DNA from: Azolla caroliniana
Lineage: Eukaryota; Plantae; Polypodiophyta
Length of the DNA: 64,000 bases
Reading direction: 5' to 3'
Assembly: GCA_043228905.1 (NCBI GenBank)
Contig: JBHGNT010000005.1
Location: forward strand, 4,402,001 to 4,466,000
Shown: positions 62,381-64,000 of the stretch, in pieces
Layout of the letters: the number at the start of each line of letters is the position of its first letter
Numbering within the stretch: position 1 is the first letter of the stretch
Position numbers and translations under genes: made by a program
The notes under the pieces: model-generated
Told to the model about the DNA's origin: nothing
The model's input: only the letters and a program-made list of their open reading frames with translations
The model's database searches: none

Positions 62381-63639
62381 AAGCGTTTTAGATAACCAAT
62401 TAAATACCACTACAACATCATTTTATTAATGAAAATAATCTACATATTAACCATACACACGATTAGATAGGAGAAGAAAAAATAGACAAAAAATAACAAG
62501 AAAGATTACCGAAGTTCCTTGTTGATCCTTGTCTACATGAAGGCCAACCGCACAACGATCGATTGCCATCCATCGAGAAGATAAGACCAACAAAAGAAAC
62601 ATTAGTACATAGGCTCGGATACCAAATATTAGAGACATGTACTAAAAGCATTAGATAAGGATAGATCTAAGTAGATAGAAAGAAAGGAGAGAGAGAAAGA
62701 AGGGTGCAGATCCACCCGACCACCCCTGAGCGAAGGGATCGAGACGGACTCGAGCCTCGATCGGTGTCCCATACCACCGTCGTGGCGTCGAGTCGTACCT
62801 GGTGCTGGTGCGCTCGCTACAAGAGTTGATCCACCACAAGACAGAGTCTCGATGTAGTCAACATGATCATCAAATGAGGGTAGCTAGGCCTCTATTTATA
62901 GCGATACCCAAGGCCCCCAGCCATGTTCACACTTGGCCTAATGGGTTGTTTCAATCCCGAGGATTTAAAAGTAATCCTCCCCTTCTTTACACTCTCGTTT
63001 AACCCTCACACTTATCCACGTGTATAGAATACTACGGTAAATTCTCACCACGGGATATTATATGGTCATGCCCGTAACACTAACTAAGCACATGCCCATC
63101 ATAATTAGTGACATCATAAATTAACACTGCATTTGACTACGAACAATGCCCTATATGCCTAATCATGCATTTATTGAAAAGAGAGTACCAATGGAGACTC
63201 TAACGTATCATGGAGTTACTAGCATGAGCTCCTCTACTATTTCAACTAAAAGTTTTGTTGGGATAATTCACAATCTTTGACTAATTTGGTCATAAATAGA
63301 AACCCTTCGATACAACAATAAAACAAGCCTCGATATATTCCAAATAAGTGATCTCGCAAATCCAAAAGGTAGGAGATAAAAAAAAGACATCCATACATAT
63401 CAAATAACATCTTTATCTACGGGAAACTTGATTAGATTAATGTATGTAACAACATAGCTTTCCCCGCAACATGTGCATTGTGCAACTTTAAATCAAGTAA
63501 ATTTAATAAACCAACAATCCTTGGTTTTACTCGTGTTAAAACCCTTAGTCTAGCTATGTTTCGAGCACCAAAAATTCAATGATTACATTTTGCAACATGT
63601 ACTTAGCTAAACCAAGAGGAAAGTAATAATGTAGATAAA

Positions 63640-64000
63640 CCATCAATGGCTCGATGTTTGAAGGTATATTTGGAAGGCTCGATGTTTGAAGGTATTTCAA
63701 AATATGACTGAAAGACCTGCTCAAATAATCTCCGGAATTTGGATAGAGATTGTACATAATCTTAGAGGGATTTTGGATGGTATAAAAGGTAATACGCATC
63801 AAGCGGAGCTTAGGCGGGTGGAGTTTCATGCCATTTGGGACATAGGTATATTTTATAGACGGTATTTTGGTAAGGTGGAGTGGTTCTACTCAACACCAAA
63901 GTGCTTATTCAAGCCAATGGTTAGACTTTAGAAAAATATAGGGGATCGGTATAGCTTGTATGTTTAGCCTTATGGCGGTTTTCTAATACTAATGTAGTAT
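63640..64000 (+). mobile_element. LINE 3' end (ORF2 C-terminus and 3' UTR), running off the window
   Basis: ORF 63686-63931 ('IWIEIVHNLRG..IWD..VEWFYSTPK') resembles the C-terminus of the 49384 ORF; its 3' UTR matches the insert at 33881-34000. Confidence 0.7.

Larger units (their letters stand above)
50664..63079 (-). mobile_element. Element A: outer Ty3/gypsy chromovirus, internally deleted and interrupted by nested elements
   Basis: 5' LTR 62627-63079 and 3' LTR 50664-51119 (about 18 substitutions plus a 3-bp indel by eye, ~96%). TSD CTAAC at 50659-63 and 63080-84. PBS TGGTATCCGAGC (tRNAi-Met type) at 62624-62613; PPT aagagggggagta at 51132-51120. Confidence 0.93.

Overview
Eukaryotic land-plant nuclear DNA (AT-rich, spliceosomal introns, GA/CA microsatellites; the retroelement types suggest a non-seed plant such as a fern, which is an inference). 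The genes are the 3' end of an ADA1/SAGA-Tad1 coactivator (+), an intronless Exo70 (-), a 12-coding-exon prolyl oligopeptidase (-), a 10-exon V-ATPase subunit d (-) and a class-A heat-shock factor (-). There is also an intron-containing AIR synthase (PUR5/PurM) pseudogene (-) that the ORF track mostly misses. The last 13 kb is a nested Ty3/gypsy complex. An outer Met-primed chromovirus (LTRs 50664-51119 and 62627-63079, TSD CTAAC, TG...TA ends) contains a gag-only, tRNA-Trp-primed element with two unlike LTRs and a Tcn1-like gag-pol-chromodomain element. Three signals stand out. All three inner LTRs carry an antisense tRNA-like Pol III A/B-box module in U3. The Tcn1-like LTR has a phased heat-shock-element array next to its TATA box. 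Its gag/pol junction has a clear -1 frameshift cassette. All calls come from manual reading of the sequence; no database searches were run.
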